Shown: positions 61,501-64,000 of the stretch, piece by piece | How positions within the stretch are numbered: position 1 is the stretch's first letter | How the letters are laid out: each line of letters starts with the position of its first letter | Source of the DNA: Candidatus Latescibacterota bacterium | GTDB lineage: Bacteria > Latescibacterota > UBA2968 > GCA-2709665 | DNA length: 64,000 nt | Direction: 5' to 3' | Assembly: GCA_965237675.1 (NCBI GenBank) | Contig: OZ250150.1 | Location: forward strand, 5,152,001-5,216,000 | Notes under the pieces: model-generated | Databases searched by the model: none | What the model saw: the letters and a program-made list of their open reading frames with translations, nothing else | Told to the model about the DNA's origin: nothing | Made by a program: the position numbers and the translations under genes

Positions 61501-61634
61501 AGCGCCTCGCCGGATGCTGCATCCATCACACGTCCGGTCAGTTTACCGGTTGTACCCGCGAACGCGCCGGCGGTGAACCCCGCCAGCACAAAAAGCGCGA
61601 CCGGCAAAGCAATAAACACCTTCCATTGATTCAT
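58509..61634 (-). CDS. TonB-dependent receptor with N-terminal carboxypeptidase-regulatory-like domain
   Basis: AGTTGKLTGRV.D..GEALPGVNIVIEGT..GA.TD.DG.Y; plug IRGG..VDG..EITVISGG.SAEYGN; YLQDKMEF, SPRFG; C-terminal Phe. Confidence 0.92.
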   Translation of the reverse strand: MNQWKVFIALPVALFVLAGFTAGAFAGTTGKLTGRVMDAASGEALPGVNIVIEGTRRGAQTDADGYYLILSVDPGNITLVASMVGYNAVSQTDVLILTDFTATVDFQLRETALEAEELVVIAERPPVEPDKTTSHYVMSAEQLESLPMARSVTDLVALNPGVNLTNATVIRGGDSRDGILMVDGVVLPNNDGYGRQFTGVSKTAVQEITVISGGASAEYGNLESGAISIVTKDGGRDFRGWGDFRYTPPGQKHWGANLYESAYHRDRLKWDNREWRAETVTLSDGDDGVPGTPDDEVGLAHNSVDYTDVKGSYIEGGISGPLGDQASFFASARWTRQPTDVMNTSARTATFDPSLGATSLNSVMSGGFPTLSTPIDFRGNAKLTFRPGADAKVSIGHIYSVAEIYNIGTNTQRDRRSNGQNIFLPEGSGAGGRRISDQVTYASLTHTVSPKTFYEARVSFYTTAEDTQHTNWPKDQFGFPLTVFGEKDLDGWFNVKPNYVANYTIADRSRLNLKLDVSSQVTKGHFVKAGMDLTRFSIYYLNYNAPNPSQRIVDFITHSGNLPDVKAPINPIQIGFYLQDKMEFEGMVMNAGIRFDALYTNHKFYNVSQLQTPQYRWLIKHVDMATVDPQWATQVSPRFGVSHPITHRSAFHFTAGLYAKVPDLFEFFREQWRANGPDANVAWDAFRGLHGQVRMANPYVALTRTRAYEAGADWNFVADYTAGMAAYYKSALGKINSGSRYWYEPQRTTWVWGRKPSGFQDMRGFELHVRKGFSHYFSFNAAINFGWASSARVGSNATMFYPDSSYVMNSDQYHDWEWSGSQYVRKDYTLEERMEFAGRAARNWRGRSNAMINGYQYVVFEFMDIQKAYDAPANMNGVWQPTYGGGRLFNPKSSDLRIQSSLSLYLDTPVDFGPGLRQFHVAGGLRANMVWRIQSGRPLWYTPPGKQPELRHRPVRTWTDLQVEKTLVEGGHRNAIFYVEVFNLFNQQDSPVAGSYPDFVRWGLNVPRPNDQDYLDYGDYNELTRYYGKPRELGVGLKINF

Positions 61635-61663
61635 CGAAGACCTCCTTCGAAAAGTTTCGGCGG

Positions 61664-62362
61664 TTATTTTCCGCTGAAGTAAAATTTAATACCGGCTCCG
61701 ATGTCCAGCATTTGCAGCGGGAACGTCTCGGAAAGCTCCCAGTCTTCCATGCCCCGAAGGTCCCCGACCATCATATTATAACGGGCCCGAAGGTCAATGG
61801 CGACGTTGTCGATCACGAACGCCTCAACACCCAGACCGGCGTTGATCCCGAGGGCAAACCGCTCGTCGGAGAACGGCTCCAGCTCAAGAACCAGACCCTC
61901 CGTCTGCCCCGGCCAGAGCAAGCCGCTTACTTCGTTCTTGTAGCGGTAGAAGCCGCCACCCACCGCGATGTACGGGGCGAAACTGCTGCCTGCGAACGGC
62001 TTCCCGACCTGGCGAAGACGAACGAGCCCGTTCACCAGGAGACTGTTCAGGCTCATATTGCTGCTCGCATTCGGGCTGGTATGTTCCTTGCCGTCGGTCC
62101 AGGTGAACGTGCGGGTCAGCAGGCTCCCGTCGTTGAAATTGCCGTGGTGAAACTCCATTTCCACCGTAACATTCGACGCCGGCACGTAGGACGCGTTCAA
62201 TCCGAACTTGGAATCGTTGTCGTACCAATCACCCAGACCGAAGACCGGCACGTTGTAATTCGCAAACACGCCGACTCCCCAATTCCCTTCCTGGGCAACT
62301 GCGGGCCAGGTTGAAACCGTGAACACAAGAATCAACAGGCCAACAACCCTGAACACCTTCAT
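61664..62362 (-). CDS. small outer-membrane beta-barrel (OMP_b-brl/OmpW-like)
   Basis: signal peptide; PYIAVGGG.Y, G.NAGLG.E, GIKFYF alternating strands; TAAGGAGGTG RBS. Confidence 0.8.
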   Translation of the reverse strand: MKVFRVVGLLILVFTVSTWPAVAQEGNWGVGVFANYNVPVFGLGDWYDNDSKFGLNASYVPASNVTVEMEFHHGNFNDGSLLTRTFTWTDGKEHTSPNASSNMSLNSLLVNGLVRLRQVGKPFAGSSFAPYIAVGGGFYRYKNEVSGLLWPGQTEGLVLELEPFSDERFALGINAGLGVEAFVIDNVAIDLRARYNMMVGDLRGMEDWELSETFPLQMLDIGAGIKFYFSGK

Positions 62363-62505
62363 AAACACCTCCTTACATTGGAAGATGACTTGTCCCCGCC
62401 ACCCTGCTTAACGTCTGCGACTTGCACCGAAAAAACAACGACCTGCGAACTTACTTCTAAAAAAACACCCGCAGTTTGCTCAATATTTTACCCCCTCTCA
62501 GACAC

Positions 62506-62544
62506 AAAAAATGGGCGTAACCGTCCTGAAACCGACAGCGCCCG
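62506..62544 (-). terminator. intrinsic-terminator-like hairpin inside the leader of the OMP-TBDR operon
   Basis: minus strand GGGCG-CTGTC-loop-GACGG-tta-CGCCC-A-TTTTTT. Confidence 0.5.
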
Positions 62545-62673
62545 TTAAAGCACTCCTGCTTCAAACCTATCATATTTATGATAACACAATACGCGGTAGC
62601 AATTTAGCATAAGCCAATCCGGATGTAACGCTTAGATTCGCCATTGAGAGCACAACCGCAGATTAATCGACAC

Positions 62674-62702
62674 AAGATAGACAAGATCTTCTCAAATGTC
62701 AA
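62674..62702 (-). promoter_or_regulatory. sigma70-type promoter upstream of the OMP-TBDR-CTD-PorV operon
   Basis: minus strand TTGACA, 17 nt, TATCTT; same hexamers and spacing as the thiC promoter. Confidence 0.65.
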
Positions 62703-62812
62703 CACTTTTGTTCCTCAAACCGTCGCCTTTCGGCACTATTTTCCCGAGGCCACGTACGACGGTCAGTGCCCCGCATCGCCGATTTCCGGACCTCCGGAAT
62801 CCCAAGCGGAAA

Positions 62813-63715
62813 TCAGGCGGTCCGAGCCGCTCCACTTCCCGGACCGGCGCCGAGAGCGTCGAGTACCGTTTCACCGATATCGGCCGGGCTGCCGCATACC
62901 CGGATTCCCGCGGCTTCGAGGGCGGCGACTTTTTCTTCGGCGGTGCCCTGCCCGCCGGAAATGATGGCTCCCGCGTGGCCCATGCGCCTGCCGGGGGGCG
63001 CGGTCCGGCCGGCAATAAAGCCGACGATGGGCTTGTGGAAGGCGCTTTTGACATAGTCCGCCGCCTGTTCTTCCGCGGCCCCCCCGATCTCGCCGATCAT
63101 GACAACGCATTCGGTGTCGGGGTCCTGCTCGAAGGCTTCAAGGCAGTCAATAAAGTTGGTCCCGACAATCGGGTCTCCCCCGATACCCACGCACGTGGAC
63201 TGGCCGAGGCCCAGGGCGGTCAGTTGCGCAACGGCCTCGTAGGTCAATGTTCCGCTCCGGGAAATGACGCCGACGTTCCCGCTTCGGTGAATCTCGGCCG
63301 GCATGATGCCGATTTTACATTTGCAGGGCGCGATGATTCCCGGACAGTTGGGGCCGATGAGCCTGGTGGAACGCGAACTGAGGTAGTGTTTGACCCGTAC
63401 CATATCCAGGACCGGGATGCCCTCGCTGATGCACACAACCAGGCCCAGGCCCGCATCTGCCGCTTCAATAATGGCGTCCGCCGAAAACGCGGCCGGCACA
63501 AACACGATCGAAACGTCGGCGCCGGTGGCGTCGACCGCGTCCGACACGGTATTGAAGACCGGTACGCCCTCGACGCGATTGCCAGCCTTGCCCGGCGTGA
63601 CGCCAGCTACGATCCGGGTGCCGTAATCCAGCATCTGACGCGTGTGAAACGAGCCCTCGGTGCCGGTAATCGCCTGCACAACCACGCGGGTTTCCCTGTT
63701 GACAAAAATGCTCAT
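62813..63715 (-). CDS. sucD: succinate--CoA ligase subunit alpha
   Basis: [42 protein letters not shown] phospho-His motif. Confidence 0.97.
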   Translation of the reverse strand: MSIFVNRETRVVVQAITGTEGSFHTRQMLDYGTRIVAGVTPGKAGNRVEGVPVFNTVSDAVDATGADVSIVFVPAAFSADAIIEAADAGLGLVVCISEGIPVLDMVRVKHYLSSRSTRLIGPNCPGIIAPCKCKIGIMPAEIHRSGNVGVISRSGTLTYEAVAQLTALGLGQSTCVGIGGDPIVGTNFIDCLEAFEQDPDTECVVMIGEIGGAAEEQAADYVKSAFHKPIVGFIAGRTAPPGRRMGHAGAIISGGQGTAEEKVAALEAAGIRVCGSPADIGETVLDALGAGPGSGAARTA

Positions 63716-63754
63716 TGAGTATCCCTAATGGGTCAAAAGAATTCACAAACATTG

Positions 63755-63842
63755 GTAGGGGCGCCCTTGTGGGCGCCCGACCCCGCTGCGACGACACAGA
63801 CACCGCTACGTTAACCTGGGCAACCACGAGGGTTGCCCCTAC
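63755..63842. repeat. REPIN: two inverted GTAG-family REP palindromes
   Basis: GTAG-GGGCGCCC-ttgt-GGGCGCCC (63755-63778) and GGGCAACC-acgag-GGTTGCCC-CTAC (63818-63842), 39 nt apart. Confidence 0.78.
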
Positions 63843-64000
63843 CAGGGAAGGCGGATCCGATGGGGGGACACTGTTGGCGCATTAAAATCGTCGACAACAT
63901 TGAATCAAGCGCGCTGATTCCATTAAATGTATTGGTCACTTATCTATAATTAAGATGGTAAACGTGCGAAGATCAAGCGGCCGGCGGCTACAACGGCCGG

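Overview
GC-rich bacterial chromosomal window with about 40 CDS and no rRNA, tRNA, CRISPR array or transposase seen. The gene content (dockerin-like domain, PorV/PorQ, GWxTD-type proteins, many sulfatases, PhyH dioxygenases and heparinase-like lyases) suggests an FCB-group-like lineage such as Latescibacterota or Gemmatimonadota; this is an inference only. The window is bounded by housekeeping genes: TPP-riboswitch-controlled thiC at the left and sucD at the right. In between lie (i) a large catabolic or tailoring repertoire: 2 sulfatases, 5 PhyH-like Fe(II)/2OG enzymes, 3 heparinase II/III-like lyases, aminotransferases, amidohydrolase, deacetylase, M14, M20, CocE and GGT hydrolases, and oxidoreductases; (ii) a headless BlaI next to an M56 peptidase fused to four TonB C-terminal domains; (iii) an envelope locus OMP - TonB-dependent receptor - T9SS-CTD-like protein - PorV - GWxTD/TPR, with a second GWxTD/TPR gene nearby; (iv) small mobile or repeat DNA: a MITE, REP/REPIN elements, inverted short-repeat arrays and a DUF4160/DUF2442 pair. 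Best candidates for something new are the TBDR-CTD-PorV-GWxTD module with its terminator-containing leader, four PhyH enzymes lacking the HxD/E carboxylate (a halogenase-like motif), and the M56-4xTonB gene with a strong in-frame internal start. All family calls come from motif recognition by eye; no database search was run.
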